A stretch of 64,000 bases of DNA, taken from assembly GCA_963745835.1 (NCBI GenBank), contig CAVUZH010000014.1, positions 512,001-576,000 of the forward strand, given 5' to 3'. This document shows, in pieces, positions 41,413 through 56,237 of this stretch. Every line of letters begins with the position of its first letter. The first letter of the stretch is position 1. This stretch comes from an uncultured delta proteobacterium (lineage in GTDB: Bacteria > Desulfobacterota > Binatia > UBA9968). Under the pieces are notes generated by a model that saw only the letters and a list, made by a program, of their open reading frames with translations, made no database searches and was not told the DNA's origin. The translations under genes and the position numbers were made by a program.

Positions 41413-41772
41413 TTAGGCATCGAGGCTGGATTTGGCTCGCTGGGCCAGCTGACTGAATCCGTCCATATCGGCAACCGCGATTTCGGCCAGGACTTTTCTG
41501 TCGATCTCGACTCTGGCCTGTTTCAAACCTTTGATCAACTGACTGTACGAAAGCCCATTAAGTTTTGCAGCCGCTCCGATGCGAGTAATCCACAGACCGC
41601 GAAAAGTCCTTTTCTTTACCCGACGATCTCGATAAGCGAATGCTAAAGCTCTCTCGACTGTTTCGCGCGCAGACCGGTATAGTCGGCCCCGCCCCCCAAC
41701 ATAACCCTTGGCCATTTTCATGACCTTTTTTCTTCTCTGCCGGGTTTTACTCCCGCCTTTAGCTCGTGGCAA
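41413..41772 (-). CDS. rplT: 50S ribosomal protein L20
   Basis: AKGY.G, YRDRR, FR.LWITRI, DRKVLA. Confidence 0.98.
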   Translation of the reverse strand: MPRAKGGSKTRQRRKKVMKMAKGYVGGRGRLYRSARETVERALAFAYRDRRVKKRTFRGLWITRIGAAAKLNGLSYSQLIKGLKQARVEIDRKVLAEIAVADMDGFSQLAQRAKSSLDA

Positions 41773-41809
41773 TGCTAGCTCCCTTCTATTATTGTGGAAT
41801 GAAGACTAT

Positions 41810-42007
41810 CTATTTGTACGGGATCAACTCCCGGATGTTTCTCTGTTCAGCTGCCGAAACCATCGTGCCGCTGCGCAGTTGCCGCTTGCGTTTCTTGCCC
41901 TTTGAAGAAAGCAAGTGTCTCTTGAAACCTTTATTGCGTTTGATCTTTCCGCTGGCCGTAACTCGAAACCTCTTGGCCGCGGCCCTGTTAGTCTTGATTT
42001 TAGGCAC
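41810..42007 (-). CDS. rpmI: 50S ribosomal protein L35
   Basis: [14 protein letters not shown]. Confidence 0.97.
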   Translation of the reverse strand: MPKIKTNRAAAKRFRVTASGKIKRNKGFKRHLLSSKGKKRKRQLRSGTMVSAAEQRNIRELIPYK

Positions 42008-42038
42008 ATCAATCTCCTCTTCAGTTTAGTTACGATAT

Positions 42039-42542
42039 TTACTTAGGCGTGAGCAGCATCGCCATGTTCCGGCCTTCCAAGCGCGGCTCGATATCCACTT
42101 TGGCAATGTCTTGTATCTGCTCGACTACTTTGCGCAACGCCTGCCGACCCAGCTCCGGATGCGTAATCTCGCGGCCCCGGAAAAAGACCGACACTTTGAC
42201 TCGTTGACCCTTCTCGATAAACTGCCGGATGTTGCGCACCTTGTGTTCCACATCATGGGCATCTGTGCGCGAGCCCATCTTAACCTCTTTGATTTCAACC
42301 ACGGTGTGCTTCTTCGGTCCGTGGGTCTTCTTTCTTTGCTGGTACCGGAATTTTCCGTAGTCCATCATACGGCAGACCGGCGGTTGAGCTTCTGGCGCGA
42401 CTTCGACCAGATCTAAGCCTAGGGCATCGACTTGCCTTAAGGCCTCGTGCAGCGGCAGAATGCCAAGTTGTTCGCCTTGCGCCCCGATGACACGAACCTC
42501 ACGGGCCCGGATTTGATGATTGATTCTCGCGTCTCTAGCGAT
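42039..42542 (-). CDS. infC: translation initiation factor IF-3 (ATC start)
   Basis: GGAGG-6nt-ATC; (M)ARDARINHQIRAREVRVI...LDLVEVAP..PPVCRMMDYGKF. Confidence 0.95.
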   Translation of the reverse strand: MARDARINHQIRAREVRVIGAQGEQLGILPLHEALRQVDALGLDLVEVAPEAQPPVCRMMDYGKFRYQQRKKTHGPKKHTVVEIKEVKMGSRTDAHDVEHKVRNIRQFIEKGQRVKVSVFFRGREITHPELGRQALRKVVEQIQDIAKVDIEPRLEGRNMAMLLTPK

Positions 42543-42577
42543 AAGACACCTCCGTGATGTAAAAGCCGCTCATATTC

Positions 42578-44512
42578 TTATGCCTCTCCCCTTTCCTGTG
42601 CAACTTCAGATTTTAGTCTCTCGATAAATTCATTCAAAGGCATCGGCGCTAGATTTTCTCCGCCTCTGCGCCGCGGCGCCACGGTCTGGGCTTGGACCTC
42701 GCTGTCGCCGATGACAATCGCATAGGGAATTTTGGCCAGCTGGGCTTCGCGGATCTTATAGCCAAGTTTTTCGTTGCGCTCATCCAACTCGACGCGCCAG
42801 CCTGCATCTTTCAATTCCGTAAAAACTTCGCGCGCGTAATCGAGCTGCTGCTCTGTGACTGTGACGATCTTGAGCTGCACTGGAGCCAGCCATAAGGGAA
42901 AATTGCCGGCATGGTGTTCGATCAGAAAAGCCGTCATACGTTCCATCGTGCTGATAACGCCCCGGTGAATCATGACCGGACGTTTGTATTGACCGTCTTT
43001 ATCGACGTATTCGAGCTCGAAACGTTCTGGAAGATAGAAATCGAGTTGTACCGTCGAGAGAGTTTCGCTGTGCCCGAGCACGTCGTTTAATTGCACGTCG
43101 ATTTTAGGACCGTAATAGGCCGCCTCGCCGGGAGCTTCCTTATAAGGAACGCCGACCTCAGCCAATGCCTGCCGTAGATACTCTTCCGCCGTATCCCACA
43201 TGGCATCGTTATCGACGAAGTTGATCTTATCCTTGGGATTACGAAGAGACAGCCGGTACCAATATTCCTTGAACCCGAAATCGCGATACACGCGTTGGAT
43301 CAGTCGTATAACACCTACGGCTTCCGCTTGAATCTGTTCAGGAAGGCAAAAGATGTGAGCGTCATTCAATGTCATCGCTCTCACTCGCGACAAGCCGGAA
43401 AGCGCGCCTGAGCGTTCATAGCGATACATGGTGCCCAGTTCGGCGAGCCTAATGGGCAAATTGCGGTAGCTGTGCAGCTCATGCTTATAGATAATGATGT
43501 GGTGCGGACAATTCATTGGTCGCAGAACCAATTCTTCTTTATTCTCGAATGCCATGGGCGGGTACATGTTGTCTTTGAAGTGATCCCAATGGCCTGATCT
43601 CTTATAGAGATCGACGCGCGCGAGTTGTGGCGTATTAACGTGCTGATACCCAAGACTCCGCTCGATATCGACGATATAACGCTCCAGAATTGAACGCAGC
43701 AGCGCTCCTTTCGGTAGCCATATGGGAAGTCCGGGACCAATGGCGTCTGAAATCATGAAAAGACCGAGCTCTTGGCCGAGTTTTCGGTGATCGCGTTTTT
43801 TCGCTTCTTCAACTAGCCGCAGGTATTCTTTAAGTGCCGGCTTCGTGGGCCACGCAGTTCCGTAGATCCGTTGCAACATCTCGTTCTTTTCATCGCCGCG
43901 CCAATAGGCTCCGGCAACGCCAGTGATCTTAAATGCCTTTAGCTTTCCAGTGGAAGGCACGTGCGGCCCACGACATAAATCGATCCAATCACCCTGGCGA
44001 TAAAGCGAAACCAAATCCTCCGTGATGCCTTCGATTATGGAGACTTTGTAGTCCTCGCCCATGCGCCGAAACATCTCGATGGCTTGCGCCTTCGGCATTT
44101 CCTCGCGAGTTACCTTCAGGTTCGCTCTGGCCAATTCTTCCATGCGCTGTTCGATTTTCGCGATTTCTTCCGGCGTAAAGGGTGTTTCTCGCTTGAAATC
44201 GTAATAAAACCCATCTTGGATCGTGGGCCCAATGGTGACCTGAGTTCCCGGGAATAGGCTCTGCACGGCCTGCGCCATCAGATGGGCGGTTGAATGCCGC
44301 AACACATCGAGGCCCTCGGGACTGTCGATGCTAACCCATTCGAGCGAGCAATCCTCATCGAGGGCTCGACTCAGGTCCACAGGAGAACCGTTGAGTTTCG
44401 CGGCTATGATGCCGCCATCGACGCTCAGCAACGATGCCAGCTCGTAAATTCGAGAACCACGGCGAATCTCCACGGATTTGCCGTCGCTTAATGTTACGCG
44501 AACACTGTCCAT
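42578..44512 (-). CDS. thrS: threonine-tRNA ligase
   Basis: HSTAHL, DLCRGPH, RDHRKLG, PMNCP, YGPKID, IHRG. Confidence 0.98.
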   Translation of the reverse strand: MDSVRVTLSDGKSVEIRRGSRIYELASLLSVDGGIIAAKLNGSPVDLSRALDEDCSLEWVSIDSPEGLDVLRHSTAHLMAQAVQSLFPGTQVTIGPTIQDGFYYDFKRETPFTPEEIAKIEQRMEELARANLKVTREEMPKAQAIEMFRRMGEDYKVSIIEGITEDLVSLYRQGDWIDLCRGPHVPSTGKLKAFKITGVAGAYWRGDEKNEMLQRIYGTAWPTKPALKEYLRLVEEAKKRDHRKLGQELGLFMISDAIGPGLPIWLPKGALLRSILERYIVDIERSLGYQHVNTPQLARVDLYKRSGHWDHFKDNMYPPMAFENKEELVLRPMNCPHHIIIYKHELHSYRNLPIRLAELGTMYRYERSGALSGLSRVRAMTLNDAHIFCLPEQIQAEAVGVIRLIQRVYRDFGFKEYWYRLSLRNPKDKINFVDNDAMWDTAEEYLRQALAEVGVPYKEAPGEAAYYGPKIDVQLNDVLGHSETLSTVQLDFYLPERFELEYVDKDGQYKRPVMIHRGVISTMERMTAFLIEHHAGNFPLWLAPVQLKIVTVTEQQLDYAREVFTELKDAGWRVELDERNEKLGYKIREAQLAKIPYAIVIGDSEVQAQTVAPRRRGGENLAPMPLNEFIERLKSEVAQERGEA

Positions 44513-44529
44513 CCGATGTTAAGTGAGTA

Positions 44530-44604
44530 TGGTAGGCACGGGCAGGATTGAACTGCCGACCTCTTCCGTGTCAAGGAAGCGCTCTCCCACTGAGCTACGT
44601 GCCT
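44530..44604 (-). tRNA. tRNA-Val(GAC)
   Basis: Cloverleaf, anticodon arm CTTCC-TTGACAC-GGAAG, encoded CCA. Confidence 0.97.
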
Positions 44605-44740
44605 GTAAAGCTTGGCAAGATGATCTGCGAAGGGCAATCATTGACATAAGTACGTTTGTCCAACCGGCCTCACACACTATCCGCTGAAATTTAGATGAAG
44701 TGCAAGAACCTGATTTCATTATCAATTCCATTGCGATATG

Positions 44741-45307
44741 TCAACTAATTCGACTGATGGATGGGGCTTTATTCTGTAACCAGAGAAAGCCACGATAAAT
44801 GTACTGCACGCCGGAGAGAACCGTTAGAACCGCCGTAGAGCCGATCAAAATATCCCGCATCAAGGGATTCATCAGCTTCGGGTTATGCAGCAGAGCCAAA
44901 GCGACACCCAAGGTTAAGAGCTGCAATAAAGTACTCCATTTACCGATCAGACTCGGCTTCACTTCAGGACGTTCATCGGTCAGGAAAACAATGATGCCGT
45001 AACCAGTGATGATCAAAACGTCTCGGCTCACCACTATGATCGCCAGCCACATGGGAACGCCGCCAATCAAACCGAGCACGATGAACGAGGTTATCACCAG
45101 CAACTTGTCCGCGATGGGATCGAGATAAGCTCCTAGAGGAGTCTGCTGCTTCATCAGCCTTGCCGCGAGGCCGTCGAGGAAGTCGGTGATGCCGCCGATG
45201 ATAAAAATGATCAGCGCTTCGAGATAACGATGATAAGAAAGATAGACAAGAAAAAAAGGGATGCTCAAAATCCGAATCAGGGTCAGAAAGTTAGGCAGAT
45301 TTAGCAT
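44741..45307 (-). CDS. pgsA: CDP-alcohol phosphatidyltransferase (PgsA-like)
   Basis: NLPNFLT, TDFLDG..AR, G..LDP.ADK. Confidence 0.88.
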   Translation of the reverse strand: MLNLPNFLTLIRILSIPFFLVYLSYHRYLEALIIFIIGGITDFLDGLAARLMKQQTPLGAYLDPIADKLLVITSFIVLGLIGGVPMWLAIIVVSRDVLIITGYGIIVFLTDERPEVKPSLIGKWSTLLQLLTLGVALALLHNPKLMNPLMRDILIGSTAVLTVLSGVQYIYRGFLWLQNKAPSISRIS

Positions 45308-45313
45308 CCTGGC

Positions 45314-46612
45314 CTAACGATCTCCATCGCTCTTAGCGTTGTTGCGCGCCAGTTTTCGCATCTGCCCAGCGAGCTTCGGTGTTACCATCGCGGTGATATG
45401 AACCCGATCGTTTTCGTAAATCTCGTTCTCGACTCGACCTCGCTCCCGCAGGAGCGACAACAAAGCTCCTTGGGAAGTTGAAAGCGACAGGTGAATCTTT
45501 TCTTTGCCTCGATCTAGATGCGTGCCGATAACATTGAGAAGCGCCTCCACTCCCTCGCCGGTGACGGCAGAAATCGGACACACGTCTTCGCTGCCCCGAT
45601 TTTTGAACAGGTGCTGTGGTGGCCCGGGCAGCAAGTCGATCTTGTTCGGAACGATGATTGTCGGAATATCGCCGGCGCCAATTTCTCCGAGCACTTCTTC
45701 GATAACTTGAATCTGCTCGTCAACGAGGGGACTGCTCATGTCGACCAGGTGCAACAGTAAATCGGCGCTCATAACCTCTTCCAGTGTGCTCTTGAAAGCT
45801 TCGATCAACGAATGCGGGATTTTATTGATAAAGCCAACCGTGTCGGCGATCATCACTTTATCTCCGTTGGGCAGGCGCAATGACCGAATCGTAGGATCCA
45901 AAGTCGCGAAGAGTTTATCCTCGACCAGGACCCCCGCACTAGTAAGGGCATTCATCAAGGTCGATTTGCCGGCATTTGTGTAACCAACAAGCGCAATAGT
46001 GGCAAACGGCACATTGTCACGCTCTTTGCGCTGCAAAGAACGGGTGCGCTCAACGGTTTTTAGCCGACGCTTCAAGTGACCTATTTTTTCGCGAATGCGC
46101 CGGCGGTCCACTTCAAGCTGGGTTTCACCCGGTCCTCGTGTCCCGATACCGCCGCCGAGCCGCGAAAGGTGTGTCCACTGGCGCGTGAGGCGCGGCAGGA
46201 GATATTCCAGTTGAGCCAACTCAACCTGAAGTTTACCTTCATTGCTTCGGGCTCTTTGGGCAAAAATATCAAGTATTAGTTGACTGCGATCGATGACCCG
46301 AACTTTAAAAGCCGATTCGAGATTGCGCTGTTGAGCCGGAGTTAAATCTTCATCAAAGATGACTAGGTCGGGATGAAGTTCGTCTACCTTGGCGTGAATC
46401 TGATCGACTTTGCCTCGGCCCACCAATGTAGCAGGCGTGATGCTTCTCAGTTGTTGAGTAAATTTTTCCGCTACTTCGGCTCCGGCAGTTTGAGCTAAAC
46501 TCTCAAGCTCCTCCAGGCTGTATTCGAGGGATATTTTATGATCGTTCGACGGCAGCTCGACGCCAACCAGAACGGCGCGCTCTTTGCGCTGCTGGTTAGA
46601 GTGGAACCTCAT
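45314..46612 (-). CDS. hflX: GTPase HflX
   Basis: [37 protein letters not shown]. Confidence 0.97.
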   Translation of the reverse strand: MRFHSNQQRKERAVLVGVELPSNDHKISLEYSLEELESLAQTAGAEVAEKFTQQLRSITPATLVGRGKVDQIHAKVDELHPDLVIFDEDLTPAQQRNLESAFKVRVIDRSQLILDIFAQRARSNEGKLQVELAQLEYLLPRLTRQWTHLSRLGGGIGTRGPGETQLEVDRRRIREKIGHLKRRLKTVERTRSLQRKERDNVPFATIALVGYTNAGKSTLMNALTSAGVLVEDKLFATLDPTIRSLRLPNGDKVMIADTVGFINKIPHSLIEAFKSTLEEVMSADLLLHLVDMSSPLVDEQIQVIEEVLGEIGAGDIPTIIVPNKIDLLPGPPQHLFKNRGSEDVCPISAVTGEGVEALLNVIGTHLDRGKEKIHLSLSTSQGALLSLLRERGRVENEIYENDRVHITAMVTPKLAGQMRKLARNNAKSDGDR

Positions 46613-49600
46613 CAAGATTCTAAGGAACGAAAGCTAATTCGAGGACCGAAAAGCCTTGAAACAATAGTCTCTAATTCGGGGCCGGACGCAACCCGGATCT
46701 GATCTGGCAGCTCAATTAAAGTTTCGCTAACCCCGGCGAGAAGATGGAGAATGACAGGAGAGGAGCCGGGGCAATTCAGCAAAGCCTCGCGCAGTTGCAC
46801 CAAGTCTTGCGCGGAAGTTTCCGATTCATGCACATACAGATGCACTCGCTCACCGCTGCCATTCCGACTAGAGCTGCCATTGCTAAGCGCGCGAACCTTT
46901 GCAGCCGCTTCGGACAGCGGCATGATTTCAGTGGCGATTATCTGCATGCGATCTTCGCCGACCTCAAGTTTTCCTTTGATAAAAATCGGATCGTCGGAGC
47001 CTAAAAGCTCCGCGCTTTTCTTGTAAATCTCGGGCCACGCAATCACTTCCAGAAAGCCGGTTTTATCTTCCAAATTGAAGCTGCCGTAGCGATCGCCTTT
47101 CTTGGTATTTCTTAGCTTCAGCGCCGACACTACGCCCGCCAGCTTAACCTCGCCGGCCACCGGTCTTTCTTTGATGCCCGCAGCGGTGCCGCTGATAACT
47201 CTTTTTATCACTCGATCATATTTATCTAAAGGGTGCCCAGTAATGTAGAAACCAAGCGCTTCCTTTTCAAAGACCAACAATTCCTGCTGCGACCATTCTT
47301 TTACCTGCGGATAAACATCACCTGGACGGTTTGGCCCCTTGCCGGGAGTGCCCAACAAACTGAAAATGTCGATCTGATTACTTGCTTCATCGCGCTGATG
47401 CGCTTGGCCCGCCCTAATAGCCTCGTCCAACGCGCCGATCATGCGTGCCCGTGAAACTTGGGTTGAATCGAAAGCGCCGCAGTTGATCAGATTTTCGATA
47501 ACCCGGCGGTTCACCGCCGTCAGGTCGACCCGCCGACAGAAATCGAAAAGCGATTGGAAGGCGCCCTCTCGCCGGCGACTCTCCAGAATCACCTCCACCG
47601 CTTTTTCACCGACACTCTTTACCGCCGCCAGGCCAAAGCGCACCTTGGCTCCCACCGGGGTGAAATCGGAGCGGCTCTCGTTGATATCGGGCGCAAGAAC
47701 TTCTATGCCCTTCTCTCTGCACTCCGCAAGATTTTTGATGACTTTGTCTGTGTCGCCCATCTCTGAAGTCATCAGCGCCGCCATGAACTCGACTGGATAA
47801 TGGCTCTTTAAATAGGCAGTCTGATACGAGACCAGCGCGTAGGCCGCCGAGTGAGATTTATTGAAACCATAGCGGGCAAAGGTTTCCATTTGATCGAAGA
47901 TCTCTGTGGCGGTCTTCTCGTCGATGTTTTTCTTGCGCGCGCCTTCGACAAACCTTTCCCGCTGGGCGGCCATTTCCTCAGGATCCTTTTTGCCCATGGC
48001 GCGCCGCAGGATATCGGCGTCCCCCATGGTATAATCGCCGAGGATTTGAGCAATCTGCATCACCTGTTCCTGATAGACGATGACGCCGTAGGTGTCTTTA
48101 AGGACCGGTTCCAGATGTGGATGCAAATATTTGAAATTCTCTTTGCCATGCTTGCGCTTGATGTATTCTTCAGCCATGCCGCTGTCCAAAGGACCTGGCC
48201 GATACAGCGCTAGAATCGCCACCAGATCTTCAAAGCAATTGGGGCGTATCTTGACCGTCATTTCGCGAATACCGGTGCTTTCCAGCTGGAATACTCCAGT
48301 GGTGTTGCCCTTACAAAGCAGCCGGTAGGTTTTCTTGTCGTCTAATGGGAGTCGTTCAAGATCGATCTTCACACTCTGGGTCGACTCGATCAGCTTGAGG
48401 CAATCATGAATCAACGTCAGTGTCTTCAAACCGAGAAAGTCAAACTTTACCAGCCCGATTTTTTCGACACAGCTCATGTCGAATTGAGTTACGATGCCAC
48501 CGTCCTTATCGACAAATAGCGGCAGATGATCGACCAACGGTAAATTCGAAAGCACGACGCCCGCTGCGTGCGTCGAAGCGTGCCGCACCAAACCTTCTAA
48601 ACGTAGAGCGTGCTCGATCAACGTCTTGACCCGGGGATCGCTCTTCATCAACTCCGGCAATCGCGGTTCCATTTTCATGGACTCCGTCAGTGGATAATCA
48701 AATCCCTGTTTTGGCGCTGGGATCAATTTTGCGATCATATCGGTTTCGGCAAAGGTAAACCCAAGCGCGCGGCCGACATCTTTGATGGCCGCCTTGGCTT
48801 TCAAAGTTCCGAAAGTCGCGATCTGTGCGACTCGGTCGGCGCCGTACTTGTCCTTGACATACTGAATCACCTGCGCTCTGCCGCGAATGCAGAAATCGAC
48901 GTCGATATCAGGCATCGAGCGGCGCTCGGGATTGAGGAACCGCTCGAACAGCAAAACGTGACGAATAGGATCCAAGTCGGTGATTTTGAGCGCGTAAGCC
49001 ACCAGACTACCGGCCGACGAGCCGCGTCCCGGTCCAACCGGGATCCCGTTCTGTTTCGCATAGTTGATAAAATCGGCAACGACGAGAAAGTAGCCCGGGA
49101 ACTGCATTCGCTTGATAACTCCGAGCTCGTATTCAAGTCGCTCTAAGTAGCTGGCTCGGAGCTCGGGCTCCTCGATATCCGCAAGTCTCTCTTTGAGACC
49201 ACTGCGGGCGAGTTCGTCCAGATAATCGTCTAGGCTGATCTCTTTGGGAGGGGTGTATGTTGGAAAATGATATTTGCCGAATTCCATTTCGACATGGCAG
49301 CGCTCGGCAATTTCTAACGTTCGCTCCACGGCGCCCGGACAGTAGTCGAATCCGCCAATCATTTCTTCCGCTGACTTAAGATAAAGCTCATCGGTCTCGA
49401 GCTTGAGCCGATTATCGTCGGTAACTGTTTTGCCGGTCTGCACGCAAAGAAGAACATCGTGCGCGTGAAAGTCATCACGCTCTCCATAGTGGCAATCGTT
49501 AGTCGCCACGACCGGGATTGATAAGTCTCTGGCCATTTCAACCAGCAATCGATTGACCTTCTCCTGTTCCGCCAGCTTGTTGTCTTGAATTTCTATGTAG

Positions 49601-50136
49601 TAGCGATCGCCGAAGATCGATAGATAGCTCTCTGCTGCGGTTTTGGCTTTTTCGACATTGCCGGAACTCAGCGCCTGGGAGACTTCGCCTTGCAGGCAGG
49701 CGCTCAGCGCAATCAAGCCGCCGTTAAGTTCCTTGAGCAATTCTTTGTCTATGCGCGGCTTGTAGTAAAACCCTTCCATGTAGCCCAGGGAGACCAACTT
49801 GCAGAGATTACGGTACCCGTCCCGGTTCATGGCCAAAAGGATCAGATGATTGTTGTACTCTTTGGGTCCTCTATCGACGCCTTTTTTTTCGAACCGACTA
49901 GTCGGCGCAACATAAATTTCGCAGCCGATGATCGGCTTGATACCATGGCTAATCGCCTCACGATAAAATTCGACGGCGCCAAACATGTTGCCATGATCAG
50001 TCATAGCCACCGCCGGCTGCTTGAGCATCTTTATGCGTTGAAATAGCTTGTCGACCTTATTGGCGCCATCAAGCAAACTGTATTCGGTGTGACAGTGAAG
50101 ATGTACGAAACCAGAGTGTTCCATTGCGGTACTCAT
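46612..50136 (-). CDS. dnaE: DNA polymerase III alpha subunit
   Basis: [41 protein letters not shown]. Confidence 0.98.
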   Translation of the reverse strand: MSTAMEHSGFVHLHCHTEYSLLDGANKVDKLFQRIKMLKQPAVAMTDHGNMFGAVEFYREAISHGIKPIIGCEIYVAPTSRFEKKGVDRGPKEYNNHLILLAMNRDGYRNLCKLVSLGYMEGFYYKPRIDKELLKELNGGLIALSACLQGEVSQALSSGNVEKAKTAAESYLSIFGDRYYIEIQDNKLAEQEKVNRLLVEMARDLSIPVVATNDCHYGERDDFHAHDVLLCVQTGKTVTDDNRLKLETDELYLKSAEEMIGGFDYCPGAVERTLEIAERCHVEMEFGKYHFPTYTPPKEISLDDYLDELARSGLKERLADIEEPELRASYLERLEYELGVIKRMQFPGYFLVVADFINYAKQNGIPVGPGRGSSAGSLVAYALKITDLDPIRHVLLFERFLNPERRSMPDIDVDFCIRGRAQVIQYVKDKYGADRVAQIATFGTLKAKAAIKDVGRALGFTFAETDMIAKLIPAPKQGFDYPLTESMKMEPRLPELMKSDPRVKTLIEHALRLEGLVRHASTHAAGVVLSNLPLVDHLPLFVDKDGGIVTQFDMSCVEKIGLVKFDFLGLKTLTLIHDCLKLIESTQSVKIDLERLPLDDKKTYRLLCKGNTTGVFQLESTGIREMTVKIRPNCFEDLVAILALYRPGPLDSGMAEEYIKRKHGKENFKYLHPHLEPVLKDTYGVIVYQEQVMQIAQILGDYTMGDADILRRAMGKKDPEEMAAQRERFVEGARKKNIDEKTATEIFDQMETFARYGFNKSHSAAYALVSYQTAYLKSHYPVEFMAALMTSEMGDTDKVIKNLAECREKGIEVLAPDINESRSDFTPVGAKVRFGLAAVKSVGEKAVEVILESRRREGAFQSLFDFCRRVDLTAVNRRVIENLINCGAFDSTQVSRARMIGALDEAIRAGQAHQRDEASNQIDIFSLLGTPGKGPNRPGDVYPQVKEWSQQELLVFEKEALGFYITGHPLDKYDRVIKRVISGTAAGIKERPVAGEVKLAGVVSALKLRNTKKGDRYGSFNLEDKTGFLEVIAWPEIYKKSAELLGSDDPIFIKGKLEVGEDRMQIIATEIMPLSEAAAKVRALSNGSSSRNGSGERVHLYVHESETSAQDLVQLREALLNCPGSSPVILHLLAGVSETLIELPDQIRVASGPELETIVSRLFGPRISFRSLES

Positions 50137-50185
50137 GACTTAGCACAATGGCAGCAACCCGACAATTCGATGATGCAATTTCGCT

Positions 50186-50635
50186 TCACGACCCGCTTCC
50201 CCGTTCCGGCCAAAGCCCGTCTTCAAGAAAATCCCCTAGAATTCCACGAAGAATATTTGCGAACTTGAGGCGATCTAATTCATCGGCTCCAAGGCTCATC
50301 AGTCGCTGTCCCTCATTCAGTGTGAGCTGCGCGGACGATTGATCGATTTGCGCCCAATAGATGTGTTTGATATTCGGATAAACGTCGCCTCGGGTGCAAT
50401 AATAAACCCGAAACAAATTCCATCGCCTTAATAGGACTCCCACCTCTTCTCTCACTTCCCGCACCAGAGCCTGTTCGGGAGTCTCGCCAGTTTCCAAATG
50501 GCCGCCAAAGAGATCCCATTGATTCGGGAAAGGAATGGCCGGGTTATCGTCGCGAAGGTAAACCACTAAGCGGCTATTGCAGTCGAACAGCAGAACCTGT
50601 GAAATCTCTTTCATCAATGAACCGACGCCTGTCAA
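50186..50635 (-). CDS. NUDIX hydrolase
   Basis: GGHLETGETPEQALVREVREE Nudix box. Confidence 0.9.
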   Translation of the reverse strand: MTGVGSLMKEISQVLLFDCNSRLVVYLRDDNPAIPFPNQWDLFGGHLETGETPEQALVREVREEVGVLLRRWNLFRVYYCTRGDVYPNIKHIYWAQIDQSSAQLTLNEGQRLMSLGADELDRLKFANILRGILGDFLEDGLWPERGSGS

Positions 50636-50658
50636 TCAAATCGAGTGGTAAGCGACGG

Positions 50659-53657
<2,999 letters not shown>

Positions 53658-53821
53658 TCACCTCCGAGCAAGATTAATAGAACCGAGATTCTGGGCTGAC
53701 AATATGGCGTGATCGATCGACTCGCGACAACCATAGAATCTTATACCAGGAAACCTCTTATCAGACAAACTAGTCGCTTTATTGTGGCACTATTTCTAAT
53801 GTGCTAATTACGGCGACAGGT

Positions 53822-54055
53822 ATGCCGCTTTACGAATACGAATGCTCTAAAGGTCATCGCTTCGAAGCGATTCAAAAAGTCAACGATAAGCCGCTCCGGA
53901 AGTGCATGACCTGCGCTGCCGCCGCCAGACGGGCGATCTCTCGACCCACCCTACTCCACAATCGCGGCGTCCATGTCTTCGATCGGGTTACCAAAGATGA
54001 CGCTTTACGCGCGCGGCCATCGTCGCTGAAGTCTTTCAAGAAAGATAAATTCTAG
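53822..54055 (+). CDS. FmdB-family zinc-ribbon protein
   Basis: MPLYEYECSKGHRFE...CMTC. Confidence 0.85.
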   Translation: MPLYEYECSKGHRFEAIQKVNDKPLRKCMTCAAAARRAISRPTLLHNRGVHVFDRVTKDDALRARPSSLKSFKKDKF

Positions 54056-54207
54056 CAGGCTGCTGAAAAGACCCATATGCTTCGTTGCCGCTCAATCGCC
54101 CTCGCTGCAACGTACTGTAAGTACGCCTTCGCTCGTCGATTTTTCGCGCGCCTCGCACCTGGATTTTTTTGAGCAGCTGCTAGAGGCTTTTTTTCAGCAC
54201 CCTGGTA
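54053..54207. mobile_element. MITE-like non-coding element with 17-bp terminal inverted repeats
   Basis: TAGCAGGCTGCTGAAAA ... TTTTCAGCACCCTGGTA (15/17 match), internal CGTACT-GTA-AGTACG palindrome, no transposase. Confidence 0.7.
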
Positions 54208-54248
54208 GTTGTTATCCTGTGATGCCTTTGCTAGCGTAGCGCCGGCTT

Positions 54249-55772
54249 ATGCTAGCGAAGATCAACAGCGCCGCGCTATACGGCATCGACGCCTTGCGCG
54301 TCGAAGTCGAAATCGATCTCGCCTCCGGCCTGCCCCAGCTCGCTACAGTGGGACTGCCTGAGGGCGCGGTCAAAGAAAGCAAAGATCGGATCCGTGCCGC
54401 GCTCAAGAACTGCGGCTATACTTTTCCCGCCAAGCGCATCACGATTAATCTTGCGCCCGCCGATATCAAGAAGGAAGGTTCGGCGTACGACCTACCGATG
54501 GCTATCGGTATTCTTGCGGCGGAAGGCTCGGTCGATAAAAATCTCATCAACGATTATTTCCTCATCGGCGAGCTATCGCTCGACGGCGCGATCAAGCCTG
54601 TGCGGGGCGCTTTGCCCATCGCCATGGCGGCGAAAAGAGAACATGTCAGAGGGCTGATCCTGCCCAAGCACAATGCACCTGAGGCCGCAGTCGTCAGCGA
54701 GGTCGAAGTTCTTGGGGTCAGTGACCTTCCTGAAGTCGTGGAATTTTTGAATGGTCGCCGCGCGCTTGAGCGCACTCATGTCAATCTTGAAGCGCTGTTC
54801 CGCCAGCAATCGCAATACAGCTCGGATTTCACCGATGTCAAAGGCCAGCAGCATGTCAAACGCGCATTAGAAGTTGCCGCAGCCGGAGGCCACAACGTAA
54901 TTATGGTCGGTCCACCCGGCTCGGGTAAGACCATGCTGGCAAACAAACTGCCGACAATCCTGCCAGACCTGACACTTGCCGAAGCGCTCGAAACCACCAA
55001 GATCCACAGCGTCATGGGCCTGCTCAACGGCTCGCCAATCATCGCGACCCGCCCGTTTCGTTACCCGCACCATACCATCTCCGATGCCGGTTTGGTCGGC
55101 GGCGGGACAGTGCCTAAACCCGGCGAGGTATCGCTCGCACACAACGGCGTACTCTTTCTTGACGAACTGCCGGAGTTCAAACGCAACGTCCTCGAGGTCA
55201 TGCGTCAACCCCTCGAGGATGGCAGCATCACCGTCTCACGCGCCATCGGTTCGATCAATTATCCAGCCGGCTTCATGCTGGTCGCCGCCATGAATCCCTG
55301 CCCGTGTGGATTTTTCACCGATCCGCAAAAAGAATGCGTCTGCACGCCGTTACAGATTCAGCGCTACCGTTCCCGGATATCCGGGCCGTTACTAGACCGC
55401 ATCGATATTCAAGTCGAAGTGCCGGCGCTGCGCTACCAGGATCTTGCCAGTAAGGATGCCGGGGAAAGTTCCGATTTGATTCGGCAAAGGGTCAATGCTG
55501 CGCGCGCCATTCAGTTGCAGCGCTTCCAGAAAAGAAACATTCACGGCAATGCGCAAATGGGCGTCCGGGATATTAAGCGCCACTGCGTACTCAAAGAAGA
55601 TGCCGAGAAGCTCCTGGAAAACGCAATCAACCGGCTGGGCCTCAGCGCCCGTGCCTACAGCCGCGTGCTCAAAGTCGGCCGCACCATCGCGGATCTCGCG
55701 GGCTCGGAGGAAATCCAAGCGAGTCACATCGCCGAAGCGATTCAGTATCGGAGCTTGGATCGAAGAATGTAA
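54249..55772 (+). CDS. comM: YifB/ComM Mg-chelatase-like AAA+ ATPase
   Basis: [46 protein letters not shown]. Confidence 0.93.
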   Translation: MLAKINSAALYGIDALRVEVEIDLASGLPQLATVGLPEGAVKESKDRIRAALKNCGYTFPAKRITINLAPADIKKEGSAYDLPMAIGILAAEGSVDKNLINDYFLIGELSLDGAIKPVRGALPIAMAAKREHVRGLILPKHNAPEAAVVSEVEVLGVSDLPEVVEFLNGRRALERTHVNLEALFRQQSQYSSDFTDVKGQQHVKRALEVAAAGGHNVIMVGPPGSGKTMLANKLPTILPDLTLAEALETTKIHSVMGLLNGSPIIATRPFRYPHHTISDAGLVGGGTVPKPGEVSLAHNGVLFLDELPEFKRNVLEVMRQPLEDGSITVSRAIGSINYPAGFMLVAAMNPCPCGFFTDPQKECVCTPLQIQRYRSRISGPLLDRIDIQVEVPALRYQDLASKDAGESSDLIRQRVNAARAIQLQRFQKRNIHGNAQMGVRDIKRHCVLKEDAEKLLENAINRLGLSARAYSRVLKVGRTIADLAGSEEIQASHIAEAIQYRSLDRRM

Positions 55773-56237
55773 CGAGTACGGGCGATCATTTGGTTTGCAA
55801 TAGCCGTTTACCTGGTCTGGCAGGGTTTTCTCCGAGTCAATCTCGACCTCTTGCAGATCTCATGAACTAGACGCGCGTCTCGTCAACCACACTTATATTG
55901 TTTTGCTATGCGCCTCTGTCACGCATTCCGGCGAACCGTCGCCTTCGCTGAAGCGCCAAAATCTACGCCATACGATCTTCAACTCGTCAGCTGCGCTTCA
56001 ACACGAGAGTAGCAGGTCTTCCTTGATGTGACCTCCAAGCAGCGCACCGGCCCATTTGTTCGAGTTCGGCAAGAAAAAAACCCCGCTAAGAATTACCTCC
56101 ACTCCATACGGTCCCGGCACCGATTTAGAGGAGAATCTTGTGCGTTTGACACTTCATTTTATCAGGCGTTAGAGTACCCAAACTCTGGCGCAAGCACTTC
56201 AGCAGAAGTAATTATTGGCTGAACAGGAGAAAATACG

